Below, one piece after another: positions 26,381 through 36,086 of a stretch of 53,908 nucleotides of DNA; the first letter of the stretch is position 1, and every line of letters begins with the position of its first letter. Below the pieces are notes generated by a model. The model had not been told where the DNA came from and searched no databases. It saw only the letters and a list, made by a program, of their open reading frames with translations. The translations under genes were made by a program, and so were the position numbers. Source of the stretch: a virus (Duplodnaviria > Caudoviricetes); the IMG/VR virus record IMGVR_UViG_3300025154_000129, positions 1 through 53,908 of that record. One strand, written 5' to 3'.

Positions 26381-29058
26381 TAGATTACTCCTTCTAATCT
26401 TTGACCAAAGAAAGGTGTTCCTTTTTTAGTAAAGTATCCCTCAGAATCTATCTCTGTTTTGTGATACCAAGAATGATTAACAGGGGATGCTTCAAACTCA
26501 AGTGTCAGAGGGACGTTAATCCAATCAAATCTTTCAGGTAGAATCTTAGAAACACAGTTTTCCATTGTTTGTCGTATCTGTTTGTACTCAGAAGGAACAC
26601 AATCAGGAATGATTTCATCGTGAATTTGCAGAGCTAGATTTGATTCCCATTTATTCTTTGCACACATTTCATCCACATAGATAAGAAGCTCAAGAACGAG
26701 ATGGAACAAAGTACCCTGAATGGGAGTGTTGCCTATCTCATTTTTCTTTAAATACCCCCCTCTCCTGAATCCATGTTTCAGTCGAACAAAACCTGTCTTT
26801 TTATACTCTGCTATGATCTCTTTTTGCCATTCTCTCAAGTTGCCAAATTTGTGCCAGAACTTTTCTTCTACTTGCTTCATGTGGTTTTCAAAAGATCGGA
26901 ATTGCTGGATCTGATTGTCTTTAGGAATAATTCCTATTTTAATCAGATGATCTTTTAGAACTACACCACTGCTTGTTTTCAAAGCTATGCAGTTCTTCCA
27001 CAAAGCTTTAGCACAGTTCCCATAATAATCACCGTAAAACTCAGGGAATACAAAGCAGTTCTTTGTATAGAACCTGATCTCTTTCGCTACTTCGCTCTCT
27101 GATATGTCCCAGATAACTTCAGATTGATCCCTGTGCATATCTGTTCCCGGTGTTTTAATGTAGTAAACAAGATTAGGATCTTTAGAGTACATTGCAGCAA
27201 CACAAACTTCACCTGCTTTCACATCTCCGAATAGAAAGAATCTTCCAGGAGAGGGATAAATGCCCGATCTACAAAGTTTCTTAGCAAGTTCATCTCTCAC
27301 TGGAATGTTGTGAAGATTGGGACTGTCCGACGAAGACCTGAAACTCCTGGGAATATGAAGATTGAACCAAGTATGAATTTTATCAGAACAAGTCTCCCTA
27401 ATAAACTGATCAAAATACGTTCCTTTTGTTTTATTCAACTCCCTTAGTTTGATGTTATCTTTCACAAAAGGAAGATCAATTCCTATTATAGCTTCTTTGT
27501 CAACAGAGGTTTGTTCTGATTCTGTAGTTTTGATAGGTTCAAATTGAAGATAGTCATATAGGAGTGTTCTTAGATCTTTGTCACTCACATTCTTTCCTAT
27601 CTTCAATTCTTTCCCTGATCTTCTTTTGAAAAACTCAGCTTCCTTGCTTGTTATTATTCTATTCTTCAAATCCGCTATCTCTTTGTCTATTTCCTTCCCT
27701 GTCGTTTCGTAGTAGTTCAAATCAGATCTGACACCATGTAGAGTCATTTTTGTTAAAGAAGAGGAAGCTCGATTGAAGAACTCTCTTGCTCTTTCTAATC
27801 CTGGTGATTGAGTTATCCTCTTTTGTAGATCCCATAGCATATAGCCTATTTTTGAGTCAAGACCTCCATAGTCAAGCAAGAGATCCAAATCAGCCTCTTC
27901 CATTCTATTGAACTTTTCTCCTTTAAGAGCTTTCTTATAAGGATCAATGTAAGAATCATAAGGTTCGATTCCGAAATTGATGTAACTTTGGAAATTCAGT
28001 GATGTGAACTTCTTTCGATCATCAATCACATGCGCGGTGTCCATAGTACACCAATGACCATTGTTTGTTTCTACACCAAAGATCACATACGTCCAAACTT
28101 TTTCGTACTTAAGGTTATGAGAAGTCTTGGGAATATCAGACTGCATGATTTGTCGCCATCTTTTCTTTATTGCCATCTTTTGTATTTTATCAAAATGATG
28201 GCGATAGTCATAAGGAAAAGCGTAAGCTTTGATCTTATCATCTTCCTCGAAAGCACAAGACACAGAAACTATTTTATGACCTTCTTGATAAGGTTTCAGT
28301 CCTGAGGTCTCATAGTCGTGAAACAAGTTGTCTACACCATATGTTTCTATTCTATTGAGAAGTGACATAACAGACTCGAAAGAAAAGATGTTCTCAACGT
28401 GAGATTTGTAGTCATAGAACTCAGGTCTAGTCTCATGACAACTTTCTATAGCTCTTTTCAGATCGAGCATGTAGAAGCTTTGGAGAAGATCATCCTTCAC
28501 ATTTCGCATAGGAAAAGAAGGATGATAAAGAGGGTAAAGAAAAGCGTTGAATCTCCTACTTGGAATCTTTAACCCTCTCCATCTTCCTATCGAAGTATCT
28601 TTGAAGATTTGTCCGAACATACACCTACAAGCTGACTCGCCCATTACAAGGATATCTGTAGGTTGAAGTTCGTCAATTACAGAGTAGACGTAAGGACGAC
28701 AGCAATCTATCTCTTGGTTTGTCGGTTCTCTGTTTGCTCCTTTTTCGTCTGAAGGTCTACAATTCGCTGAATTGATCTTCCAACAATCTTCCTCCAGATC
28801 AATATAACATTCTTTCAGTTTTTGTCGGAAGAACTGCCCTACTTCACCTACTAATTGAATGTTTAGCTTGTCCTCTTGCTCTCCCGGAGCCTCCGCAATT
28901 ATAAGAATCTTCCTCTTTCCTTTTCCTGTGTAAGGCATTTTAGGGGATCTACATTTACGAAATAGACCACATTCATTACATAGATCCCCTTCAGGAGCTT
29001 TATTTATCATGCCTTCACTTGCTTCCTGAATCTCTTTCGTAGTAAAGAAGCCCAGCAT
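26380..29058 (-). CDS. Family A DNA polymerase with N-terminal family-4 uracil-DNA glycosylase-like domain and 3'-5' exonuclease
   Basis: C..C.L...C, AEAPGEQED, N.ANCRP, HPS (UDG4); DYETSGL, HNLKYE, Y...D (exo); RSSSDSPNLHNIP, D....E, R...K..YG, NTPIQG, QIHDE (pol). Confidence 0.92.
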   Translation of the reverse strand: MLGFFTTKEIQEASEGMINKAPEGDLCNECGLFRKCRSPKMPYTGKGKRKILIIAEAPGEQEDKLNIQLVGEVGQFFRQKLKECYIDLEEDCWKINSANCRPSDEKGANREPTNQEIDCCRPYVYSVIDELQPTDILVMGESACRCMFGQIFKDTSIGRWRGLKIPSRRFNAFLYPLYHPSFPMRNVKDDLLQSFYMLDLKRAIESCHETRPEFYDYKSHVENIFSFESVMSLLNRIETYGVDNLFHDYETSGLKPYQEGHKIVSVSCAFEEDDKIKAYAFPYDYRHHFDKIQKMAIKKRWRQIMQSDIPKTSHNLKYEKVWTYVIFGVETNNGHWCTMDTAHVIDDRKKFTSLNFQSYINFGIEPYDSYIDPYKKALKGEKFNRMEEADLDLLLDYGGLDSKIGYMLWDLQKRITQSPGLERAREFFNRASSSLTKMTLHGVRSDLNYYETTGKEIDKEIADLKNRIITSKEAEFFKRRSGKELKIGKNVSDKDLRTLLYDYLQFEPIKTTESEQTSVDKEAIIGIDLPFVKDNIKLRELNKTKGTYFDQFIRETCSDKIHTWFNLHIPRSFRSSSDSPNLHNIPVRDELAKKLCRSGIYPSPGRFFLFGDVKAGEVCVAAMYSKDPNLVYYIKTPGTDMHRDQSEVIWDISESEVAKEIRFYTKNCFVFPEFYGDYYGNCAKALWKNCIALKTSSGVVLKDHLIKIGIIPKDNQIQQFRSFENHMKQVEEKFWHKFGNLREWQKEIIAEYKKTGFVRLKHGFRRGGYLKKNEIGNTPIQGTLFHLVLELLIYVDEMCAKNKWESNLALQIHDEIIPDCVPSEYKQIRQTMENCVSKILPERFDWINVPLTLEFEASPVNHSWYHKTEIDSEGYFTKKGTPFFGQRLEGVI

Positions 29059-30116
29059 TATTTCCCCTTCAACAAAGGAAGTTGAACCATATGCTTGAAA
29101 TTCCCTGAAGTAAACAGAGCTACTGAGAACTCTCGATCTTGGCGCTTCATTGAATGGAAAGAAACATCGGTACTCTTTTCAAGAACTTGACTGAGGAAGT
29201 AAGGATTGACGTGAAACTCTTTCTCTTCCCCTTCATACTCAGTCTTGATGATCTTCTCCAATGAACCTCTCTCCTGCTCTGCTTTACAAATGATCTCCCC
29301 CTTTTTGAACAAAACAGAGACGGTCTTTGTTGGGTCTGTTTTCACATTGTCAAGCATTACATAGGTAGATTCAATTGCAGTCTTAAATTCGGAAGGAAGA
29401 GTAAAGATTGTCGATCCTGAATCAATCAAAGAGAACAAAGAAACAAGAGGCAGATGATCACCCATCACTTTTCTGCAAGAGAAAGTTGCTTCATTTTCAG
29501 TCTTAAAATGCAACCAGTTATCTGATTCACAGTATTCAGAAACAGTGAGATTGGAAAGTTCAAGAGCATCAACAGCGGAAATCAACATCTTGTCAACACC
29601 CTCTTTCATTTTGTACCAGGATGTTCTCACTTTATCTGTAGTCGAAACATCTTCTCCATTAACAAATACAGAAGTGAGAACCAAGTCAGTCTGATTCTTG
29701 CTTGCAGAAAAGGCACACAACCACAAAGCGTCTGAGAAATCTTCAGGTAAGAACTTCCAATCACTCATTTCGTCGCTGAGTGACTTTATCAACTCTTCGA
29801 CTTTATCTCGTTCGTCAAGCATCACAGACAGCTTTGCCTTAGTGTCTGGCGTGACGATCCTTACTTTATCCTTATCAAGATTGATCTCGACTTCATCTGA
29901 AGACGAAGATTGAAGGATCTTGATAAGGTCGTCTGATTTGATAGAAGATACAAATTCAGAAGGTAAGGGGTGAGAGATCATTATGCTCCCATTTGTTGCA
30001 CAAAGATTTGTCCCTGTGAATATTAAATGGGTTTGTTGTTGAACTATTTCTCTTTTTGCTACAGCAGGTTTTACTATGTCAATTACTTCCAGCAATTGCT
30101 TCCTATTGAATTTCAT
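29058..30116 (-). CDS. dnaN: DNA sliding clamp (beta/DnaN-like)
   Basis: 352 aa; ATNG, AFSAS....LTSV, STTD..R, VNPYFL, MV.LP; near the loader and Pol genes. Confidence 0.75.
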   Translation of the reverse strand: MKFNRKQLLEVIDIVKPAVAKREIVQQQTHLIFTGTNLCATNGSIMISHPLPSEFVSSIKSDDLIKILQSSSSDEVEINLDKDKVRIVTPDTKAKLSVMLDERDKVEELIKSLSDEMSDWKFLPEDFSDALWLCAFSASKNQTDLVLTSVFVNGEDVSTTDKVRTSWYKMKEGVDKMLISAVDALELSNLTVSEYCESDNWLHFKTENEATFSCRKVMGDHLPLVSLFSLIDSGSTIFTLPSEFKTAIESTYVMLDNVKTDPTKTVSVLFKKGEIICKAEQERGSLEKIIKTEYEGEEKEFHVNPYFLSQVLEKSTDVSFHSMKRQDREFSVALFTSGNFKHMVQLPLLKGK

Positions 30117-30601
30117 GCGTTTAGCTCCTCTTTCGTTTTTCCTTTACAAGAAAGACAAGTGTAAGTATTTGATTCCTTGTCATATTCTGTATAGCAATCC
30201 CATAACCAATTACTACACACAGAACATTCAACCCATTTATCATTATCCGAGTGTAAATGCATCTTGTTTCTCCCATTTTGAAAACAAGCTTCTGTCCCTT
30301 TTTCTGTATTAATACTACTATTGAAAGGTAAGTCTGTTGCATCTTGATGATTAGATGGGGCAAGAGCACGAAACACGCCTTTAGTCACCCACCCTGACCC
30401 AGCACAAAAATCACAATCTTGTGGTTCATTACACCAACAAGGAACAGTAAACCCCAAGCAAGGACCTACTGCAAACACACCACTTTCCGGAATATCTAAC
30501 TCCTTCCAACATTCTTGTGCCAAGTGCATCATGTTCCCAAAGCCTATAATATGCCCTAATTCTTTAACTAATCCTTTATCTGACATTACTCTTTCTCCCA
30601 T
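30113..30601 (-). CDS. Cys-rich hypothetical protein
   Basis: IGFGNMM, CWC..CDFCAGSG, CSVC, CLSC. Confidence 0.55.
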   Translation of the reverse strand: MGERVMSDKGLVKELGHIIGFGNMMHLAQECWKELDIPESGVFAVGPCLGFTVPCWCNEPQDCDFCAGSGWVTKGVFRALAPSNHQDATDLPFNSSINTEKGTEACFQNGRNKMHLHSDNDKWVECSVCSNWLWDCYTEYDKESNTYTCLSCKGKTKEELNA

Positions 30602-30858
30602 TTAGGACACCAAAAGTTTTCACTAATTTCTGTAGTGTGCGGAGATTGAACTATGTTACAAAAAGGCTCACCATTTGAATGCTTGCAGTTTAAACATTTC
30701 TCCTCTTTCAAATCTAAAATATTTTGCACATGTTTAGGGTAAAAGAAAGAGACAAGTCTTTTGTATTCAAGTCCTTTGGACTCAACAAATTCCTTGTTTG
30801 CTCTTTCGATAGTAGGGGTGTTTAGTGCAGGGAAGTTCCCGGCTAAGTAGAGTTTCAT
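30586..30858 (-). CDS. Small protein resembling the N-terminal segment of DpdA/TGT-like barrels
   Basis: MKLYLAG...RLVSFFY followed by a Cys-rich tail. Confidence 0.5.
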   Translation of the reverse strand: MKLYLAGNFPALNTPTIERANKEFVESKGLEYKRLVSFFYPKHVQNILDLKEEKCLNCKHSNGEPFCNIVQSPHTTEISENFWCPKWEKE

Positions 30859-31271
30859 TATATATCATACTCCTCTATTTCTTTTCTCAATCTAAACCTT
30901 GTTCTTATTGTTTTCGTCAACACATCTTCGGCAGGAAATCTGTGTTTGTGACGAAGCTCAAGTAAAGAGGAAACAGTTATCCAGTAAGAGAACAACAAAC
31001 CAAATACAGCTTTCTCTTCCGAAGTTTCTGCCAACGATTGCTTTTCTCTCACGATCAGATTCATTTGCCTAGACCAGATTCCCCATTCATCGCTCAATCT
31101 TCCCAGTCTTTGTTTCGCTGCCCACTCATACTTTTCATCAATTACATTCAGAAGTTGAAGATGAAGAGGTTGATCAGGGTTAATCACAAACTGAGGTTCT
31201 GCTAGTTCTGCTTTCTTTACCAGAGCATCAAACCTTTGCATTATTTCTTCTTGTGTCAAACTGCTGCTCAT
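30858..31271 (-). CDS. Hypothetical protein
   Basis: 137-aa ORF with AGGAG RBS. Confidence 0.6.
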   Translation of the reverse strand: MSSSLTQEEIMQRFDALVKKAELAEPQFVINPDQPLHLQLLNVIDEKYEWAAKQRLGRLSDEWGIWSRQMNLIVREKQSLAETSEEKAVFGLLFSYWITVSSLLELRHKHRFPAEDVLTKTIRTRFRLRKEIEEYDI

Positions 31272-31297
31272 TGTATTGCTCCTATAGTTAATTGTGT

Positions 31298-31651
31298 TTA
31301 GTGAGGTTTAAATTGCCAGACAAAAACAGGCTTACCTAACCTTTTCATCTCCTCAATCATATTGACAGAGCCTCGAGATTTGCCATCCCAACAAACTATA
31401 GCTGCGTCTGCGTACTCTGCCATTTCTTTATTTCGTATAAAGCCTGCTGATTTACCATATTTATCCCAATCAGCAGGAAACTCTTTTACAGAGATATTGT
31501 TGCGTTGCGCCCATTCCTTCCCATGAGAGTCTGCACCCCTTGCCATACCACATACAACTTCTGTGATATTTCGACCTGTACCTGACCAATCGACAGCTTC
31601 AATTACATCGGCGTACCTGGCTGTTCTGCTTCCTGCAATTACAACTTTCAT
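31298..31651 (-). CDS. SLOG / DUF2493 (YspA-like) protein
   Basis: VVIAGSR, VVCGMARGAD, FPADWDKYGKSAGFIRN.EM, WDGKSRGS. Confidence 0.85.
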   Translation of the reverse strand: MKVVIAGSRTARYADVIEAVDWSGTGRNITEVVCGMARGADSHGKEWAQRNNISVKEFPADWDKYGKSAGFIRNKEMAEYADAAIVCWDGKSRGSVNMIEEMKRLGKPVFVWQFKPH

Positions 31652-31662
31652 AATATCTCCTC

Positions 31663-32544
31663 TCATAAGTCAAAAGCGCCTGTAAATATTCCTTTTTTGT
31701 GTTTGAAAGCCCAAGGCCATTTAGGTAAAGCTTGTTCCATTCTGAGAAAGAAAAGCATATTCCACTTATCTCTTACAGAACAATCATTGCTCAAACCCGG
31801 TTCTTCTACAACCTCCTTTCCATTTTCAAAATGACTCTTGCCTAGTGTAAAACCTTCTCCACTGATAACTTCTTCCAAATACTCACGTTCTGTTACAGAC
31901 ATAGTTTGTAGGTGTTTATCTGCTTTTTCAAGAGATGGGGATTTAGTGGATACTTTGATTGTGTAAGGGGATCTATCATATCTGCCTTGTTTAGGAAATA
32001 AGATAATCCCATATCTACCAAATTGAACCCAACTTGTGCTATCGACAGAGAAGAAGGGATATTTATATAACAGATCGGGAGAGGTCATAGCAAATCCGTG
32101 AGTCTTCCATCTAGGCAAACAATCAGGATAATCACAAAGCATTCCGAATACTTTATCTGCAAAATCATAGTAATCCGATTTTGTCATGTCCTGACCTAAC
32201 CCGCCTATTCCTATGTACTCATACTTATCCATATACTTTCTTAACCATTTGAAATCTTCTTTTGGATGAAATACAGGCAGAGGTGACAATCCGTGTTCTT
32301 TCTCAAGATATTCTTGAACTCGCCAAGAAGCTTCCCCATTGAAAATAACGTCCACATTGACATAGATATCAATATGATCAAAATTTTGTTTTATGAATTC
32401 GGCATAGTCATCAACATATTTCCAAAACTCTTTTGTTTCTACATAAGAATAATCAATATCTCCTTTTCTTTTTGATCCTTTATGCAGACTTTTCATTACA
32501 CGCTCATACAAAGAGTGAGCGCCTGAATCAAGAAAACATTTCAT
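31663..32544 (-). CDS. dpdA: DpdA-like 7-deazaguanine DNA transglycosylase (TGT-like barrel)
   Basis: FLDSGAHS, YVNVDVI, PLPVFH, YIGIGG, HGFAMT, PFFSVDSTSW; clustered with folE/queD/queE. Confidence 0.75.
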   Translation of the reverse strand: MKCFLDSGAHSLYERVMKSLHKGSKRKGDIDYSYVETKEFWKYVDDYAEFIKQNFDHIDIYVNVDVIFNGEASWRVQEYLEKEHGLSPLPVFHPKEDFKWLRKYMDKYEYIGIGGLGQDMTKSDYYDFADKVFGMLCDYPDCLPRWKTHGFAMTSPDLLYKYPFFSVDSTSWVQFGRYGIILFPKQGRYDRSPYTIKVSTKSPSLEKADKHLQTMSVTEREYLEEVISGEGFTLGKSHFENGKEVVEEPGLSNDCSVRDKWNMLFFLRMEQALPKWPWAFKHKKGIFTGAFDL

Positions 32545-32545
32545 A

Positions 32546-32881
32546 TCATCCTCTTTCTACTATCGCACCGTTTTCACCATCTTCAGATATCTCAACCCTG
32601 AAAGCATCAAAATGCTCAAGCAAATCTTCAGCTATCATCTCACACGAAACTCCTGTGCGAGGACGAGCTTGAGATGAATCCCATCTGTTTTTTATGTAAT
32701 CTTCTACCTTCCATTTAGTTTCGATAAACTCAATATCCCTATCGCTATGCGATACCTCAAACAACATCTTCACATGAAAGATATGCCTATGGGTAGAACG
32801 TAAAAAAGACAAATGAACAGGAGCATCAGGCCAATTATGGTACCCTTCAAACTGAGTTGTTAACCACACATAAATTTTCAT
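32546..32881 (-). CDS. dpdL: QueD-paralog T-fold protein, DpdL-like (putative CDG decarboxylase)
   Basis: FEGYHNWPDAP..FLRSTHRHIF (LxxxHRHxF instead of QueD CxxxHGH), DRDIEF, SCEMIA, SEDGENGA. Confidence 0.65.
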   Translation of the reverse strand: MKIYVWLTTQFEGYHNWPDAPVHLSFLRSTHRHIFHVKMLFEVSHSDRDIEFIETKWKVEDYIKNRWDSSQARPRTGVSCEMIAEDLLEHFDAFRVEISEDGENGAIVERG

Positions 32882-32882
32882 T

Positions 32883-34022
32883 CTACCAATCCTTTTTGGG
32901 GTACTGTTGTGTTCCTTGCATAACATTCAACATTCTCAACCAACTGTAATCATAGGGAAGGTAAATCCAATCAACATACTTGATTCCTCCGAAATTGATC
33001 TCCTGAAGTATCTTATTCGCAGCGGATTGAACATCGTTTTTTACATACATCATATCGTAGGCATATTGCAAAGCTTCAGGGAAACTAAGGTAGTTAGGAT
33101 ACACAGGAATGCAACCACAAGTTGTTGCTTCTAGTAAAGTCCAGCTTACAAAGTCCTGATGGGCGCAATTGAATTGAATTTTTGATTCCAACAGATTGTG
33201 GTAATATTCCTCTTTTGTGAGATTGATTTTGATATCAAAGTTATCAGGATACTTATCTTTGTAGCGATACACCTTGTCAATAAGCTCAGGGTTGTTAGAT
33301 CGTAGTTCAGGGGAGGATGTGGTCACTAAGAAATTGATGTAGTCATTTCCTGATTCGAGTATTTCATCAACAACGGAAAGAAAGAACAAAGGATCTTTTT
33401 CTTCATCCCACCTCGAAGTGAAAATTATTTGATTCTTCTTTTTCGGAAGTGTGCCAGGAAAGTGAGTTCTAACTTCATCACTATTGTAAGGCAAACCCGT
33501 GATATGTACTGTTTCTTCACTCCCTACGCCTGCATACAAGCATAGATCTCTCAGACAGGTGCTGGTTACAAATATGCCATCAAAGAAATTGCCTTGCCCT
33601 ACTTCAAAGTGTCGCATCCATTTTCTCATAGGGTATGTAAAATCATAAATGTCAACAGTTTGGGCATGGAGCATGGCAAATATTTTAGGTTTAATACCTG
33701 TTAGATGAAAAGCGTAGGGAAGAGCTTCTATACCCGGCGTCCAAAAATCATCAAGATAAATACAATCATCTGAGCTTATTTCTCCCTCATTTAATTTCCT
33801 TAGAAAATTCTGAATTTGACTACATGACCAATAACCTCGACCGCAAGCATCTAAAACGCTACCTGATCTTATATCATCATTTAGGCTTGCTCCTTCTATT
33901 CTTTCATAATTTAAACCTATTTGATTCCATCTTGACTCTAACCATCCCTCTTTTTCCTTCGACAACTGACAAGTATATCGAGAACGATAAGGTTCTAAAG
34001 GAAAATACCATAACTTTCTCAT
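32883..34022 (-). CDS. GT-B (GT4-like) glycosyltransferase
   Basis: IIFTSRWDEEKDP, KEEYY..L..SKIQFNC..QDFVSWTLLEATTCGCIPVYPN..SFPE donor-binding motif. Confidence 0.85.
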   Translation of the reverse strand: MRKLWYFPLEPYRSRYTCQLSKEKEGWLESRWNQIGLNYERIEGASLNDDIRSGSVLDACGRGYWSCSQIQNFLRKLNEGEISSDDCIYLDDFWTPGIEALPYAFHLTGIKPKIFAMLHAQTVDIYDFTYPMRKWMRHFEVGQGNFFDGIFVTSTCLRDLCLYAGVGSEETVHITGLPYNSDEVRTHFPGTLPKKKNQIIFTSRWDEEKDPLFFLSVVDEILESGNDYINFLVTTSSPELRSNNPELIDKVYRYKDKYPDNFDIKINLTKEEYYHNLLESKIQFNCAHQDFVSWTLLEATTCGCIPVYPNYLSFPEALQYAYDMMYVKNDVQSAANKILQEINFGGIKYVDWIYLPYDYSWLRMLNVMQGTQQYPKKDW

Positions 34023-34471
34023 ACAACCTCCTTATCTGTTTTGTATAAAATATCGTCAGGTTCTGTAAAATATTTGCTTTTCATCTCAAACCAGACTACC
34101 TCTTTCTTTTCATTTACCAATTTGATATCAAAACATCCCATAAAATCAAAATCAAAAGCAACCGGCAAAGTAAGAACTACTTTTATATTATCAGGTTGCA
34201 TATATGCAAGATTATCCCATATCTTTGCATATTGCTCAGGATTGTTTATTTCTATAACAACCTCTGATTCTTTTGTTAGATGCTCAAGCAATTCAACATT
34301 AATATCAGAAATGCCTTGGTTATTGTTTGCTCCGAAATAGACTCGTTTTATCTCAGGGTTTTCACTCAGGATTTTCAAGATCTCATTGTTGCCTACATCT
34401 TTAGACCCGATGAATAAAGTAAGAGCTCCTTTATCAGGACCCTCTGCTTCATTTCCTATGAATAGTTGCAT
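34019..34471 (-). CDS. Hypothetical protein in the modification cluster
   Basis: FIG.EAEG..G..TLFI, RVYFGAN; between folE and the glycosyltransferase, overlapping the latter. Confidence 0.7.
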   Translation of the reverse strand: MQLFIGNEAEGPDKGALTLFIGSKDVGNNEILKILSENPEIKRVYFGANNNQGISDINVELLEHLTKESEVVIEINNPEQYAKIWDNLAYMQPDNIKVVLTLPVAFDFDFMGCFDIKLVNEKKEVVWFEMKSKYFTEPDDILYKTDKEVV

Positions 34472-34475
34472 CTTC

Positions 34476-35054
34476 TTATCTCCTCATCATTAATGATAAT
34501 TCAATCATTTTTATAGCCTTTTCTTCCAAGACTGATATTTCTTTGAAAGAACCTCTAACCACAGATGTTATCATTCCCGAATCAGGTTCTTCTATGCCTC
34601 TGTGTGCCATGCATCCGTGGACAGCATCTATGTAGATCATACAACCTTGCGGCTGTATATTAGTTTCAAATCTGTCAAGAATGAGTTCTCCTAGCGACTC
34701 TTGAAGAATAGGTTGTTTTGAATAATGTTTAATCAAACGAGCAGGTTTGCTTGCTCCTATTAGCACTCTATCCGGAATGTAGAAGAACCAAGCATATCCT
34801 GATACAGGAAGAAAATGATGAGGGCAGATAGAAATGAAACTTATCTTAGGAAATGAAATGATCTGATCATAGTTATACTCATTAGGAAAACAGGCGTAAT
34901 CATCAAATTCTGTATCACAATTACAAAGAAACTCCTTGCAATACATTTTAGCTATTCTCTTAGGAGTATCTTTATAATTGGGATTGTGAATATTGAGATC
35001 CAAACCTGTTTCTAACATAGATCGAATACAATGTTCGACATGTTTCTGATCCAT
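34476..35054 (-). CDS. folE: GTP cyclohydrolase I
   Basis: DTPKRIAKMY, SICPHHFLP, Y.P...IGASK..R, LQE, AVHGCM..RG. Confidence 0.92.
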   Translation of the reverse strand: MDQKHVEHCIRSMLETGLDLNIHNPNYKDTPKRIAKMYCKEFLCNCDTEFDDYACFPNEYNYDQIISFPKISFISICPHHFLPVSGYAWFFYIPDRVLIGASKPARLIKHYSKQPILQESLGELILDRFETNIQPQGCMIYIDAVHGCMAHRGIEEPDSGMITSVVRGSFKEISVLEEKAIKMIELSLMMRR

Positions 35055-35091
35055 TTATTCTCCAACAGAATAGTGAAACGGAAAGCAAAGG

Positions 35092-35130
35092 AAGATAGAG
35101 GCTTACCTATACTAAGAAAGCCTCTATCTT
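35092..35130 (-). terminator. 13-bp perfect hairpin (terminator or attenuator) upstream of folE
   Basis: AAGATAGAGGCTT-N13-AAGCCTCTATCTT; pyrimidine-rich tail on the minus strand. Confidence 0.5.
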
Positions 35131-35139
35131 AAATTGAAA

Positions 35140-35796
35140 CTACATTTTTTCTTGTTCGATCTTAAAAAAAGATACTTCGGCTTCTCCTACTTTCTTTTTC
35201 GTTTCTGTGAGAGTAAGAGTAGGTCTTTTATCTTTGATATGCTTGAGATGGGACTGGATACGAAACTTCTTACAGGTACATTTCTCTGCTATTTCGTCCA
35301 AAGTTCCACCTTCCCAAAGAGCATCGTCAATCGCTGCTGCTTGAGTTCCTATCAAATGGCCATATCGAGATCGAGGGAGGTCCTGAATAGGCATACGCTC
35401 ACGAGGTTTCTTCTCTTTCGGTTCAGCAGGCTTGTCTCCTTCCGCTTTCTCTTTCTTAGGACGACCTCTCTTCTTAGGCTCCTCGGTCTTTGCCTCTTCT
35501 TTCTTTTCAGGTTCTGGTTCAGGAGCAGGTTCGTTGCCCTCATCTGAGTAAACAGCATTGTAAAAATCTACTGCGACTTTTGCTTTCTCCGCAAGTTCTT
35601 TTGTTGCTACGGGATCAGGATCATCAGATCCTTCTTTGTAAAGAATACTATCGAACTTCTCAGTGAAAACCTTGAGCAAAGCTTCTTTGCCTGTTCCTAC
35701 TATGCGAATCTTCACATCTCCGAGAAGCCCACTTTCATTGATCGCTTTAGCTGCCGTTTGCAGCTCCTTCGACTTGATATCTTCCAACTTTTTCAT
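35140..35796 (-). CDS. Lys/Glu/Pro-rich protein with AT-hook-like motif and C-terminal HTH-like region
   Basis: KKRGRPKK; GGTLDEIAEKC...RIQSHLKH. Confidence 0.6.
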   Translation of the reverse strand: MKKLEDIKSKELQTAAKAINESGLLGDVKIRIVGTGKEALLKVFTEKFDSILYKEGSDDPDPVATKELAEKAKVAVDFYNAVYSDEGNEPAPEPEPEKKEEAKTEEPKKRGRPKKEKAEGDKPAEPKEKKPRERMPIQDLPRSRYGHLIGTQAAAIDDALWEGGTLDEIAEKCTCKKFRIQSHLKHIKDKRPTLTLTETKKKVGEAEVSFFKIEQEKM

Positions 35797-35804
35797 TGTA
35801 TCTC

Positions 35805-36086
35805 CTATTTGTCGTTCAGTTCGTTCTTGGTTTCTCTGGCAGCTTTAAACTTGATCAATTTTGACTCAGGGATCTCAAGTGCTTCCCCTGTCCTGGGATT
35901 ATGTCCTGTTCGTACAGGGCGAATAGCTATCTTGAACTTCCCAAACCCATGAATTGCAACCTCTTCCCCTTGCATCAACTTTACCTTTATCTCAGTGAAG
36001 ATATAATCAACGATCCCCTTTGCTTTGTCCTTGTTCACCCCTTCAATGTTCTTCCTGATACCATCAATCAGATCTGCCTTTGTCAT
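35805..36086 (-). CDS. hup: HU/IHF-family DNA-binding protein
   Basis: MTKADLI, GFGKF, RTGHNPRTGE, FKA. Confidence 0.92.
   Translation of the reverse strand: MTKADLIDGIRKNIEGVNKDKAKGIVDYIFTEIKVKLMQGEEVAIHGFGKFKIAIRPVRTGHNPRTGEALEIPESKLIKFKAARETKNELNDK

Noticed and set aside
31663-32544. tRNA-guanine transglycosylase for queuosine tRNA modification
   Set aside because: Lacks the CxCxxC zinc site of bacterial Tgt, and queC/queF/queA are not seen; context favours DNA modification
32546-32881. Second ordinary QueD
   Set aside because: Lacks the CxxxHGH catalytic Cys; a canonical queD exists at 37174-37545
35055-35139. preQ1 riboswitch upstream of folE
   Set aside because: Only a simple hairpin; no preQ1-I consensus stem-loop with A-rich tail recognised
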